Source: Octopus bimaculoides
Taxonomy: Eukaryota
Assembly: GCF_001194135.2 (NCBI RefSeq)
Contig: NC_068988.1
Span: forward strand, 37,405,678 to 37,455,211
Direction: 5' to 3'
DNA length: 49,534 bases
The notes beneath the pieces were generated by a model, which saw only the letters and a program-made list of their open reading frames with translations, was not told where the DNA came from and searched no databases. A program made the position numbers and the translations under genes. Shown piece after piece: positions 12,201 through 25,195 of this stretch (positions are counted from its first letter, which is position 1; each line of letters starts with the position of its first letter).

Positions 12201-12331
12201 TTACAGGAAATCGAAACCACACCCACCATGCGCATATAACTGATGCTATCATTCTTTGAGAATTTTGCTGAATTCCAACGAGTACTTTTTAAATAAAATG
12301 AAAAAGATTACGTCGTTGATAATTTGAAACG

Positions 12332-12381
<50 letters not shown>

Positions 12382-12384
<3 letters not shown>

Positions 12385-14410
12385 CGCAGGCGTGGATGTG
12401 TAGTAAGAAACTTGCTTCCGGTATCTCAGAGTTCACTTAGTATTTTGATTTTGTACGAAACAGACGTGTTTTTTTTTTTTTGCTGTGCGTGTTTTTGGGG
12501 CTGTCCGGCGTTTTTTTCTCTTGTGTGGTGGAGGGGCGTCGAGTGAGGAGCTGTGGTAGTTTGAGTTTTACCGTGTCAAACGTTGAGAGCTGCCCAGCCT
12601 CGGACCATGTGTCGTCGGAGGAAGAAATGATAGAATGCCTGAAGAAAATAGACAAAGTTACGGAAAATAGAAGTTAGGCTACAGCGACGGAAGAAAAATA
12701 TGAAGATATAAGGCTGAAAGATGTAAGCAAGTATAAGAGAATGCTTGAAAGGGAGGGGAACGAAGTGAAGAAGTTCCCTCGCCACCTAAGTAGTTCTGAA
12801 AGAAGTTGCGGAAAGAACAGTAATTTGTAGAACTTACTCAGTGGAAGCCAGGAAAATAGAAAATATGTTGACAGGACAAATAGAAAAGGTGTTGAGACCA
12901 GTCTGGCAAGGGATTTCGTATCTTGCCAGAGGAAAGAAATTTGGAACGATAGAGGTGCGATTTGGAAAGGTAAATACCGCCAGGCTGCACTCAGCAACAC
13001 CGCTGAAAATGAATGAGGTTGTTCTGCCCGTCTACCTTGGGAGGCGTGCTTCCAGGGTTAGAGTAGAGGATGTATCCCCGGAGAGAGGTTGATGTAGTCT
13101 GGCTGTTGGCTGCTATACTGCAGGAATGGAGGAGAAGGTGGTGGTCCTACAGGCTGCCAAAACACCGCATAGGAACTGGCAGGGACAAAGCCTTGATATG
13201 GTGGAGCAAGTCGCGGAGGAAGATATCGAAAAAGTGGTCCAGAATATCACAGTAGGAGAAACGATATTAAAGGTCAGAGTGGAAGGGAGGATTCCGCGAT
13301 GTTATAAATGTAGCCTGAAAAGCCACATTAGAGTGGAATGCCCTGCACCACTAAAAAAAGGACAAGGAGAAACAGAGAGAAAATGTGGTTGGTGTTACAC
13401 TACCTGTGGGGGAAGAAGCAAGTGAGTTGCAACCACAAAAGAAGACAGGTACCAGCGTCGAGAAGGAGGAAGAATCGAAGAGCAGTTCGAAATGGTGGGG
13501 GAAAAGAGCAAGAAGGATAGGAAAAGGACACACATGGTAAAAGACGGCGCCAAACCACACACACCCACTCTACCCCAACCACTCCCTACAGACACCATCC
13601 CTCTCCATACCCTACCTGACGTAATCATAAGCATAAACACCCAGGAGCCTCAAATTTCCCCATCCTCACCCTTGAAAAAATGTCATTGTGTATAGTGGAG
13701 AAAGCAATGAAGTGTATAAAGAAATAGACTCTTGGGACAATATCATAAGAGTGGATGTATCAGAGGTAAATGGGATGCCCGAATGCCTTCGTTGTGCAGT
13801 GGCAGACCTAGCATATATATCTTGACTAAAGAACTTCGAACAAAAGTGTGACTATGAGTACTGGATCAAGAAGCTGGACACCAGCTCAATGCCAAAAAAA
13901 TAAATAAATAAAAATAGGTGCCCACGAGATTTTAAAGAAGTATAACGTAAACATCCTCCGGGGAAAAAACAATTAGCTGTCGCTAATAATTGTTATAAGT
14001 GTTATAAACTAGTTTTGTGTAAAAGGGAAAATTAACCGTTGTAAATGGTAAATAAAATGGTGTTGTAAACCATATTAAATCAGCTGTTTCAAACGGTAAT
14101 TTAAATGGTGTTGCTGCAGGTTCAATGAAGTCACTCGGAGGTGGGGGACGAACGGTTTCATTTCATCTTTCATTATATAAATTCATTCGTTTGTTTTTTT
14201 TTTGTTTTTTTGTCCCCACCTTGTGCTGTCTCCTCTATGTAATGCCTTTATGGCCAATTTCATAAACTAAAGAAGCTTGCTTCTCAATCACATGGTCCCA
14301 GGTTCAGTCCCACTGCGTAGCAACTTAGGCAAGTGCCTTTTCCTATAGCCTTGTGTCGACCAAAGCCTTGTGGATGGATATGATAGAGGGAAACTGAAAG
14401 AAGCCCGTGG
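12382..14410 (+). mobile_element. SINE family B split into 12382-12419 and 14270-14410 by a 1.85-kb insertion
   Basis: Head GGCGCAGGCGTGG.TGTG.AGTAAGAA; resumes at AAGAAGCTTGCTTC..CATGGTCCCAGGTTCAGTCCC, collinear with uninterrupted copies at 16300 and 43320. Confidence 0.9.
12420..14269 (+). mobile_element. ORF1-only (gag-like, CCHC zinc knuckle) L1/Tx1-like non-autonomous retroelement, decayed
   Basis: Fragments KFGTIEVRF...LPVYLGRRASRVRV and ILKVRVEGRIPRCYKCSLKSHIRVECP (CX2CX4HX4C); Pro/Thr-rich C-terminal part; T-rich 3'UTR; ~15-bp TSD; no APE or RT motifs seen. Confidence 0.75.
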
Positions 14411-15212
14411 TATATGTAATACAAATAATAAATGAGTGTATACATATATACGTACATGTATGTACATACCTACAACTGCATGTATATATAGATGCATACC
14501 GAGGTACAGGACGTTGCAAAAAACGGGGACAAAATGATAAACAGAGTACAGAAAACACACAGGCCACATAGAGAACATTTCCTTCATCAGCTGCCACCAT
14601 TTTAAAACTAAGCGTTTCGAAGAGTGTGTATTTTTATGTCTGTACCCCCCCCCAATCACCGCTTGACAGCCAGTGTTGGTGTGTCTACGTCCCACATTTT
14701 TTTTTTTCCACAAGTAGTGACGGGACACTTAGAGAACACCGTTCCTGATGATATTTTCTAAATGTCCTCTCTAATCCTCGTTGGAAATATTTATAATACC
14801 TTTGATCTTAGGTCTGCACCATTAGTACTGATCTAAACAAAACAGTAAGAGCATAAAAATTTTAAAAAAAACAACCAGATATAACCAAAAGCTATATTTA
14901 TGTGTTAGTATGTGGGCGTGGACGCTTGGCGTTTGTGTGTATTAATATTGACACTTTTATATTAATTTCTAGTGAAGTGGAAGAATTAGACACTTGTTTT
15001 GTTTTGTTTTTTTTTGTATACAGCTATCATTTCAATATCATTACTCTAAATTCGTGTATATAAGTTCGAAACTATGGCGACGGTAGCTTCAGTTGAAATA
15101 TAAGAACAAAACACAGACTATGAGTAATACACACATATATACATACATACATGTACACAGATATGCATACATATACACACATGCACGTATTCACACATAC
15201 ACACACACACAG

Positions 15213-15268
<56 letters not shown>

Positions 15269-15604
15269 NNNNNNNNNNNNNNNNNNNNNNNNNNNNNNNN
15301 NNNNNNNNNNNNNNNNNNNNNNNNNNNNNNNNNNNNNNNNNNNNNNNNNNNNNNNNNNNNNNNNNNNNNNNNNNNNNNNNNNNNNNNNNNNNNNNNNNNN
15401 NNNNNNNNNNNNNNNNNNNNNNNNNNNNNNNNNNNNNNNNNNNNNNNNNNNNNNNNNNNNNNNNNNNNNNNNNNNNNNNNNNNNNNNNNNNNNNNNNNNN
15501 NNNNNNNNNNNNNNNNNNNNNNNNNNNNNNNNNNNNNNNNNNNNNNNNNNNNNNNNNNNNNNNNNNNNNNNNNNNNNNNNNNNNNNNNNNNNNNNNNNNN
15601 NNNN

Positions 15605-15689
<85 letters not shown>

Positions 15690-15911
15690 AGAGAGAGAGA
15701 GAGAGATTGAAAGAGAGAACCAGATAGGGATGAGGCGGTAAAAATATAGTGAGAGAATATCTGATGAGGAGATATTGTTGTTGATTATCATCTGTCATTG
15801 AGAATTAATGGATTCCATTTTATTGATGACATATTCCTACTTAATTTCAAGTCAGCGCTGGTTGTTCATAAACATCATTGTCTTGCAATTGTTGCTTTTG
15901 TTGTTGTTATT

Positions 15912-15952
<41 letters not shown>

Positions 15953-16299
15953 GTTGCATCGCTATTTTTTTGTTGTTTTTGAACACTTGTTTGTGTGCTT
16001 GATACTCATGTCTTATTGCTTTTATTTGCTGTTCGTGAAAAAATTTATCTCTTTCTCTCCCTCTTTCCACTCCTTCTCTGCACTCTCGCTTTTCTCTCTG
16101 TTCTTTCTTTCTCTCCAACCCTCTCTGTTTATTTTGCAAGTATTTTTTTTTTGTTATTTAATGCATTTGTTATATGACATATTTTTAAATGTATTCGGTA
16201 CATCGTTTTGGTAGAGTTATAGAAATATTTAGTTTGAGACAAAGTTAAATGAAACATTTCAAGCCACATCATGAATATAAATATATCACATAAAATTAT

Positions 16300-16790
16300 A
16301 TGTGGTTATGTGGTAAGAAGCTTGCTTCCCAACCATAGGGTTCCAGGTTCAGTCCCACTGTGTAGCACCTTGGGCAAGTGTTTTCTGCTATAGCCTCGGA
16401 CCGACCAAAGCCTTGTGAGTGGATTTGATAGACGGAAACTGAAAGAAGCCCATCGTATATGAATATATATATATATATATATATANNNNNNNNNNNNNNN
16501 NNNNNNNNNNNNNNNNNNNNNNNNNNNNNNNNNNNNNNNNNNNNNNNNNNNNNNNNNNNNNNNNNNNNNNNNNNNNNNNNNNNNNNNNNNNNNNNNNNNN
16601 NNNNNNNNNNNNNNNNNNNNNNNNNNNNNNNNNNNNNNNNNNNNNNNNNNNNNNNNNNNNNNNNNNNNNNNNNNNNNNNNNNNNNNNNNNNNNNNNNNTT
16701 AAGTCCTACGGCCGATTTCTTCGACTAAAGGCAGTACTCCAGCATGGCCGCAGTCAAATGACTGAAACAAGTAAAAGAATAAAAGAATAT
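16300..16790 (+). mobile_element. Composite SINE: family B head/core, (TA)n plus gap, family C tail
   Basis: B part 16300-16460 (GGTTCAGTCCC; CACCTTGGGCAAGTG, CORE-like); tail CAGCATGGCCGCAGTCAAATGACTGAAACAAGTAAAAGAATAAAAGAAT. Confidence 0.85.
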
Positions 16791-16899
16791 GTGTGTGTGT
16801 GCGCACGTATATGTATATTTGTGTGCGTGTTTTATGTGCGTATGTGTGAATGCATGCATCTAGATACGTTTGCATATCTGTATTTATGTATGTATGTTA

Positions 16900-17411
16900 T
16901 TATTCAGTTTTATTTCTAGATTTCTTGCCAATAGACAAAGAATCAGTTTCTAATCTAGATCCAAGACTCCTTCACTGGAATTTCAACAGGGTATCTTTGC
17001 ATGTGTGTGTATATATGTACAGTATTAGGAGTCAGTGCATGTGCAGATTTTATGTTTTGTTTCATGTATGCATTCGCATGCATATAGTTGCATGTCTAGA
17101 CGTGCACACATATACTTAAAATGATAAACTTCTGGAAAGTTTTACAAATTTTTATAGTTCCAGTGATGGCTTGGATCTGTAGTCTTCCAATCAGTTTTCT
17201 CCTTTCTGATTTTGTGAAGCCTAATTTCTCATGTTTGATACTTAGGCAATGTGTTACATATCCCAGTACCCCAAGAATCACACGTATAAACCTGAGCTTG
17301 TAATCTGGGTAAAGTAAATGTAGACTTCTCAACAGTTCAACGTAAGTATTTTCTTTTTCACTGATCTTCAGCTTTATTTTAACATTCGCTGGACAGCTAA
17401 TTTCCACTACT
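16900..17411 (-). mobile_element. RLE-type LINE 3' end (endonuclease C-terminus and UTR), distinct subfamily
   Basis: EISCPANV..KISEKENTY..LLRSLHLLYPDYKLRFIRVILGVLG...AITGTIKICKTF resembles the RLE C-terminal P..hGALG motif. Confidence 0.75.
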
Positions 17412-17427
17412 GTACATAGTTTCTCTT

Positions 17428-17660
17428 ATTTCTTCACTGCCCACAAGAGGGCTACACACAGAGGGGACAAATAAGGACAGACAAGCGGATTAAGTCGATT
17501 ATATCGACCCCAGTGCGTAACTTGTACTTATTTAATCGACCCCGAAAGGATGAAAGGCAAAGTCGACCTCTGCGGAATTTGAACTCAGAACGTAGCGGCA
17601 GACGAAATACTGCTAAGCATTTCGTCCGGCGTGCTAACGTTTCTGCCAGCTCGCCGCCTT
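17428..17660 (-). mobile_element. SINE family A variant with alternative 3' tail and perfect 15-bp TSD
   Basis: TACATAGTTTCTCTT at 17413-17427 and 17661-17675; A-family head and core on the minus strand. Confidence 0.93.
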
Positions 17661-20169
17661 TACATAGTTTCTCTTTTCTGTCCCAAATCACTGTGTCAGA
17701 TGCTTGTATGTATGTATGTATGTATGTATGTATGTATGTATGTACGTATTGTGTATTTATGTAAGCATTTATTCATGTGTATGTACTTCATGTTTATTGA
17801 CTTCTTACAATATGGCCAGATGTTATGAGTCCTCTCAGGAAACAAGAATAGTAGCATCGGGCACTTGTGACCCATAAAAAATTTGTAGTAGTAGTAGTAG
17901 TAGTAGTAGCCTTGATTAGTATTGGATTCTGTGTTTCGGTATGTTTCACGAAATACTGTGAAACTTATGGAAATACTAAATCAGCAGAGGGCACTCTTGT
18001 AAGATTACAATCATTTTTTTTTCTTTTCCTTTTCTTAAACATCCCCATAAGATGTCCGCCAATATCTGCAGCTTTAAAAGAAATGACATATTCGTGTTAG
18101 AAAAGATGAACAAGAAAAAATATTAAAAAAACATTATCATAATGTTTGTAATGGAAGCAGCTGAAGTTAACAGAGAGGAGGGGGAGCAAAATTATCGTAA
18201 TTTTTCAAACTAAAGACATGGTATAGTCGCCATGACAACTAAGGTATTTGACATTATTGCTTCACCATATTCTCCAGCAGCAAATTTCATTAATGTATGG
18301 TAAAGAGAACAAATATGGCAACCACAAAAACAATACCAACACTGCCACCATCTAAAGTCATTCGAAAGCAGCAGGAAAATCCACCAACACCGTTTTCCAG
18401 TCGTTTTCACTACGATTGGCACCGACTTCACCACCGCCACCAGCAACAACAACACCAGTTTGGTATGCAAAAGCAATACCTTTACTATNNNNNNNNNNCC
18501 ATCTGTAACAGGATTTTTTTTCAACGGTTAATTGCAACAGTGACATTGTATCCACAGTCAGTCGTGCCAACAAGAGCAAATACCCACACAAACGTTGGTG
18601 TAAAATTTGCATGCCGAAAGGGTCGAGTTCACACAAACAAACAAGCACTGCCTAGGGAAACATAACTCGCACTGCCAAAGCGGAAAGAGAAGCAATAAAG
18701 TCCCACAACCATAATCGTATCGATAAAAATAACAAAAGTGACAACTCTACTCCAACAGAAACTGAGAAATGCATGAGAGACGAATGGAAGCCACAGTGAG
18801 ATGGTGGTGGTGGTGGTGGTGATGGTTCGATGCCACCACTCTATTGCCCTAGGTGAGAAGTTGTGTAAGCACTGAAATGTATGTACAATACTTCCACATA
18901 ATACAGGATGAACCTGAGATCGATCCCCTACAGGGACTGACAAAAACTCGAAATAGAGATGCGAATGGTGCTCAGTCCTGACAAAGCAAACGATCCGTGA
19001 TCTCGTGTTTATTTGGAGAGGTGGGGGTCAATTGCCTGTGATAGAATGCGTAAGAGCTAGGTTTTACACTTGTTGAAGATCCAACTAAAAGAGGGCTTTC
19101 TATCTTCTAGGTGAACAGAATGAAAACTTCCTTGCTGCCAACACTGCAAGCACAATACGAATACCATCAACAGAAGTATGAACAACAATAACAAGAACAT
19201 TAACCATGAAAGCTAAAATCAGTTCCAAGGCAGAGACGATTACTACTGCTACTTTCAAAACAGGATATCTGACAAAAGAGAACGCTGCCCCGAAATATAT
19301 CAGCCTCAATACAAATGTCAAAAATACCCATCCCTGCATCAACAATTTCCTTTATCTGACGCCTAATGAAATGACGCGAAGGAGGTGTGAACCAGACAAC
19401 GCAAGTGTCGGCAAAGGAAGCAAATGAAAACACACAAAAACAAAAACAAAAAACTACTACGAAAATGCAAAAGAGACAAGAATAACCACAACAACGGTCA
19501 TTGTTGTTTCTATTGACAACGGGTAAGTTGATAATGGTTGATAACATTATCGTCAATACTTACACTCTGTACAAGATTGGTAAATGAAGATGATCTCGGG
19601 CTTGCTCTGAGCTTCGATGAAAACCGACGCAGTAACCTATTTCAGCATTGCCAAAGGCGAAGAAGCCTTCCTCTGACCTTGAAAAAATTATTGTAGCTCT
19701 AACGAGTGAGAGGGAGAGGGTTAACCTCAGAATGAGAGTTACACCTGTGGCTGAAAAGATCCTTTCAAATTTCCTGTATATAAGTGTTATAAAGGGGAAA
19801 AAAGTAACCGTAGTAGCAGGTTATGGAAGCTACTATCCTTAGGGCACCTCTAAGAGGAACTCCGGAAACGTCAAAAGAAATCATCTGTTCTCGTTTCTAA
19901 GAGGTAGCCCAGAAGTCGAAGAACTAATTTCCCCGTTATTGGCCAACTGAGTCATACTATTGACTTGTAAAAATAAGGAAGAAACAGAAACAAACAGAGA
20001 CGGTAAACTGCTAATGATAGCAGAAAAAGACAAGACTATGAAAACATAACAAAAAAGAAAAAAAAAGACACACCCCAAGAAAAGGGATTAATAGGAACCT
20101 ATCTTCACACGAAACTGTATTAAATTCACAGATCTTTGCACAAACAGAACATGAAAAGAAAGAGAAGTA

Positions 20170-20350
20170 GTAAGGTGGATCAATCAGAAGAAATTTACGT
20201 GTTAGCATTTAATTAGGCTCTTTAGATTCGGAGTTAAAATCCTTCTGACGTCAACTTTGCCTTTCGAAAGTATACTAGGGTAGACTTAATCGACTAAACT
20301 CTTCATCACAATTGTCTTGCTTTGTGCCAATGTTAGCAACAATTATTATT
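20170..20350 (+). mobile_element. Old, degenerate SINE family A
   Basis: GTCAACTTTGCCTTT, TAATCGACT and TTGTGCCAATGTTAG remnants. Confidence 0.6.
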
Positions 20351-20929
20351 GCTGGTGAGATTATTGTTGTTATTAAGACCATATTTTATACATTCTTCAA
20401 GCCAAATATTATTCTTTTCTCTTGATTTGTTTTGATGCCACGGGAAATAAATAAATACATAAAAACCCACAACCACTGAGTTTGAACATCATCAAATCCA
20501 ATATTAAATGAATCCAGCAAACTGCTACTGTTTACTTTACCGAAATACCAATTCCTCAACAGAATTATAAGACCAACCTGTCAATACACACACCAGAGCT
20601 AACATAATTAGTTACCTAATATAAAATATTAAATCTTGCTTTAAGTTCAATATTAAAAGAGAAACAGCAAACAATCTTGTACAAGAATAACATTGTCATT
20701 TTGTCATTCTTTTATGTCTTTGTTTATATGTTTCTTTATTCATTGTTTATTTTTGTATTTTTTTTTTCTTTCTATTTTTGGTTTTCCTTATAAACTTTTC
20801 TCGTGTGCATTCTGTTACCAGTATTATATTTTTTTTCTTTTCGCTGGTATTGAAGATGCAAAGGATTTGATTACGTTTTCTATCAGACTACAACCAGTGG
20901 TCTAGGATATGAAACATTCTTGTCACTTC

Positions 20930-21500
20930 CTCTATTAAGATCCTCCCATGCGATTTATATTTGTCTTTAATTTATATCGAAGAGTTTCCCATTATTTCTG
21001 TTGTTATAGTAAACAAGATTTCCTTGTTGTACTCGTTTCTACATTAAAGATATAACTTTCCATCTTTTACTTTCAAAATCTTTGACACTGTTCCGAAAGC
21101 TTCAATTATAATTTTTTTTCTCCCACCATTTGAGACTTTCATACATTCAGTACTTTACCCCTTTTTTCTTGATTCTGATGTCAATGTACATCCCACATCA
21201 TATACAGCCTAATTAGATTACATCAACGACCACAATATCCGAATTATGGAGTTTTACTTTGCTTTTAATTTGTACAGAAAAGTCATGCAAATTCTTCTAT
21301 CAGTTTTAATGACTTGCATTTCTGTTCCCACACAATAGCCTTGCCTCTTTTCTGTGCATGCAAAGACAAACCTCATGTAAAATAGCATTTTGTACTCATT
21401 TTTGGTTGATTGCGAACATTTTTGATAAAACGTGGTCACATCTATTTCTTCAGATGCTTATCTTTCATACTCCTGATTCAATTTACCTTTAGACTCTGTT
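20930..21500 (-). mobile_element. Very decayed R4-like LINE 3' region
   Basis: Minus strand HVLSKCSQSTKNEYK (cf. HIVSECS.LAQ.EYK), HNSDIVVVD (cf. RPDIVVVD), IEAFGTVSKILK. Confidence 0.55.
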
Positions 21501-21894
21501 GCTAATCAAATCGAGCTTATGATTTATTTCTTTAGTATACTTTTATTTAAGCAAGACATCTTTTTCTTCATCTCATCTCATTTGTCTCTTTGTAAAACAT
21601 TTTATGGAGCTTCTTTCCTTCAAAATTTTACATTTTTCCCTCACAATTGTTAATAAAAGTGATGATAACGATGTTGGCAACGATGATGCTGTGAGAGTAG
21701 ACGATATATAAAACAACAGAGCATATTTCAGAAAAACTGAAAAATATTCACTTGCTGCCTCACATGTTTATTCTGTGAACCATAACAGTCAAGTCATCTA
21801 GCGATCGCTCGATTTGATAGAGATGAAAGTACGTCATGGTCGGACAGAAAGGAAACACTAAGATAACATTTGCCCAAATCAGAAACAAGTATCA

Positions 21895-22060
21895 AATGCA
21901 GCGAGTGGGCAGAATTATTAGAACATCGAAAAAGATGATTTACAAATTTTGTTCCGGCTCTTCCGGTTCTACTCTTTGATTACAAATTCTGCAGCGGTCA
22001 ACTTTACCTTTCATTCCTCTAGGCCTGATAAAAGAGAGTAACAACCGCTTTCCAGGATCA
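21895..22060 (+). mobile_element. Degenerate SINE family A
   Basis: GCGAGTGGGCAGAATTATTAG head; GGTCAACTTTACCTTTCATTCC core. Confidence 0.6.
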
Positions 22061-22116
22061 ATACAATGGACTAATCCCTCTCTTAAAATTTCTGACCTCG
22101 TGCGTAAATGAAAAAC

Positions 22117-22176
<60 letters not shown>

Positions 22177-22177
<1 letters not shown>

Positions 22178-22384
22178 GAGTGAGAGAGCAGTGCATGCCA
22201 TCAAAGTGACACTGGGGTAAAATATACGAAGCCCAATATATCCATCATGACTACCCGTCTGATAAGGGTACACCAGGCACATGCATCACAACCATATGTG
22301 TGCGATATAGTGATCTCATATCAAGATAAACAGCGCATGACCTTGCAGGTGGGGCCCTGTTAGAATTTTCTTCAGGTCGAGTAA
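22177..22384 (-). repeat. Unclassified interspersed repeat D, copy 1, abutting (TAT)n
   Basis: GAGAGAGCAGTGCATGCCATCAAAGTGACACTGGGGTAAAATATACGAAG, shared with 23733. Confidence 0.8.
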
Positions 22385-22660
22385 NNNNNNNNNNNNNNNN
22401 NNNNNNNNNNNNNNNNNNNNNNNNNNNNNNNNNNNNNNNNNNNNNNNNNNNNNNNNNNNNNNNNNNNNNNNNNNNNNNNNNNNNNNNNNNNNNNNNNNNN
22501 NNNNNNNNNNNNNNNNNNNNNNNNNNNNNNNNNNNNNNNNNNNNNNNNNNNNNNNNNNNNNNNNNNNNNNNNNNNNNNNNNNNNNNNNNNNNNNNNNNNN
22601 NNNNNNNNNNNNNNNNNNNNNNNNNNNNNNNNNNNNNNNNNNNNNNNNNNNNNNNNNNNN

Positions 22661-22866
22661 ATTTTTATAATGTGCTTTCACTTCACTACCGAGCGCAGCT
22701 CTGTGCGCCTTGGGTATGTGCTCTGGTTTGCTGTGGTGCTCTTATGGTTACTGTATTGAAAGTGTTTTGCGTAGGATGTGTGCAGTGCCCAGTAGTGCAA
22801 TTTTCTGTATGTTATATATATTTGTAAGTCCTGGTGTTTTTGTTATGTATTTATCTGAATATTTTT
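22661..22866 (-). mobile_element. Short 5'-truncated 3' end of the R4/Dong subfamily seen at 8666
   Basis: About 6 mismatches in ~195 nt versus 8674-8880 by eye; followed by (ATT)n. Confidence 0.93.
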
Positions 22867-22870
22867 TTTA

Positions 22871-22913
<43 letters not shown>

Positions 22914-22918
<5 letters not shown>

Positions 22919-23497
22919 TAGTTTTATTTTTATGACGTGCTTTCACTGCACTACCGAGAGCAGCTCTTTTTGCCTTGCGTATGTACTGTGGTTTGTTGTG
23001 GTGTTCTTATTTTCACTGTATTGAAAGTGTTTTACGTAGGATGTGTGCGGTGCCTAGTAGTGCTATTCTTTTATGTCATATACACCAGTAAGTCCTGGTG
23101 TTTTGGTTAATTTCGCCTTCACTGTTTCTAGGTTTTAGATTTCTTCAGTATTCCTTCCCGTTTTTTTATTTTTGTGGTTTTTTGGTTTGTTGCGTGTAGC
23201 TCGTCATTATACTTACTTCGTTTTTGTTGAACATGTTACGTCTGTCTTCGTATTTTACAGTCCCAGTGCTTATGATATTATTTAGCATTCTTCTATTCCA
23301 AATACACGTTTTCCTGGTGTATTTTACCTTTTAAGTGCTCTATTTCTATTTCTGATTTTTTTTTCTCTTGAGTGTATATCTCCGTATATCATCTAGTTTA
23401 TTAGGGTTCATTGCTCAATCCAAATCTTTATCTATGCTATTTTTTCTTCTAGATTTTATATGCATATGTTCTGTTTTTATTCTGAGTAGAACTTATC
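22914..23497 (-). mobile_element. Older, internally deleted copy of the same R4/Dong subfamily, (TTA)n on both sides
   Basis: Starts with the same CAGTAGTTTTATTTTTA terminus as 8666; diverged 3'UTR and C-terminus. Confidence 0.85.
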
Positions 23498-23526
23498 ATT
23501 ATTATTATTATTATTAGTAGTAGTAA

Positions 23527-23557
<31 letters not shown>

Positions 23558-23656
23558 TGTTGTTGTTTTCTAGTTATATAAGGTCCCTACCACTTTCAAT
23601 TCGTTATCAGATTTTGGGTGGTGAATCCTAATATCCGTCATTATCATCATCATCAC

Positions 23657-23698
<42 letters not shown>

Positions 23699-23732
23699 CA
23701 TTATTATTATCATCATCATCATCATCATTATT

Positions 23733-24279
<547 letters not shown>

Positions 24280-24281
24280 CG

Positions 24282-24500
24282 AAGGCAGCGAGCTGGCAGA
24301 ATTGTTAGTACGCCGGGCGAAATGTTTAGCGGCATTTCGTCTACCGCTACGTTCTGAGTTCAAATTCCACCGAGGTCGACTTTGCGTTTCATCCTTTCGG
24401 GGGTCGATAAAGTAAGTATCGGCGAACACTGGGGTCGATGTAATTCACTAGTCCCCTCCCCCAAATTTCAGGCCTTGTGCCTACAGTAGAAAGGATTATT
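24282..24500 (+). mobile_element. SINE family A, well preserved, (ATT/ATC)n tail
   Basis: GGCAGCGAGCTGGCAGAATTGTTAG; GAGTTCAAATTCC; tail GGCCTTGTGCCTACAGTAGAAAGGATTATT. Confidence 0.93.
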
Positions 24501-24959
24501 ATCATTATTATTATTATCATCATCATCATTATTATTATAACACATATTCTACCAGAGGATTTCTGCTGTTCAAAAATTAAATAGATTTGATATTTTATAG
24601 CTGTCGTTAACTTAAAATATTAATGAAAACTATTTTGGCTTTTGCTGTTTCGGCAATATTAATGAATATTATTTTTATTTTTGATGTTTAGATTGTGGAA
24701 AGTTTCTAGCAATAATGCCTGTTACTTGTTCTTTCACTACCATAAAAAACACATGCTAGAATATGAAGATATTATATCTGAGAGATGTACATCGTGTCAA
24801 ACAACAAAGGTTAAACATATAAAGCATGCAGCAGTCAGAGATGATATTTTCCTTGTGTTAATGAATGCAGTCAACATTCGAAAATTATTAGAAAAATAAA
24901 CTCTCACACACGCACGTACATTTATACACCACAATACACATCTTCATGCTTCCTTAAAT

Positions 24960-25195
24960 ATTATTTTATTCTTTTACTTGTTTCAGTCATTTGACTGCGG
25001 CCATACTGGAGCACCACCCTGAAGGGTTTTAGTGGAAGAAATCGAGCTCAGGACTTACTCTTTGTAAACCTAGTAGTTATTCTATCGATCTCTTTTACCG
25101 AACCGCTAATTTACGGGGGTTGTAAACAAAACAAAATTCGGTTGTCAAGCGATGGTGGGGAATACACAGACACAAAGACACACATAAATACATAT
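24960..25195 (-). mobile_element. SINE family C tail module running into gap
   Basis: Reverse complement of the 16699-16790 tail, plus the CTTGACAACC module. Confidence 0.85.

Noticed and set aside
14575-14625. Minus-strand GAAAC...CTGATGA as a type-II hammerhead
   Set aside because: Stems I and II do not pair adequately.
14812-14844. Plus-strand 33-nt candidate exon (VCTISTDLNKT) with AG / GTAAGA
   Set aside because: Weak pyrimidine tract, no companion exons; expected by chance in AT-rich DNA.
19850-19876. CTAAGA-GGAACTCC-GGAAACGTC hammerhead-like string
   Set aside because: Core lacks G5 and there is no stem I.
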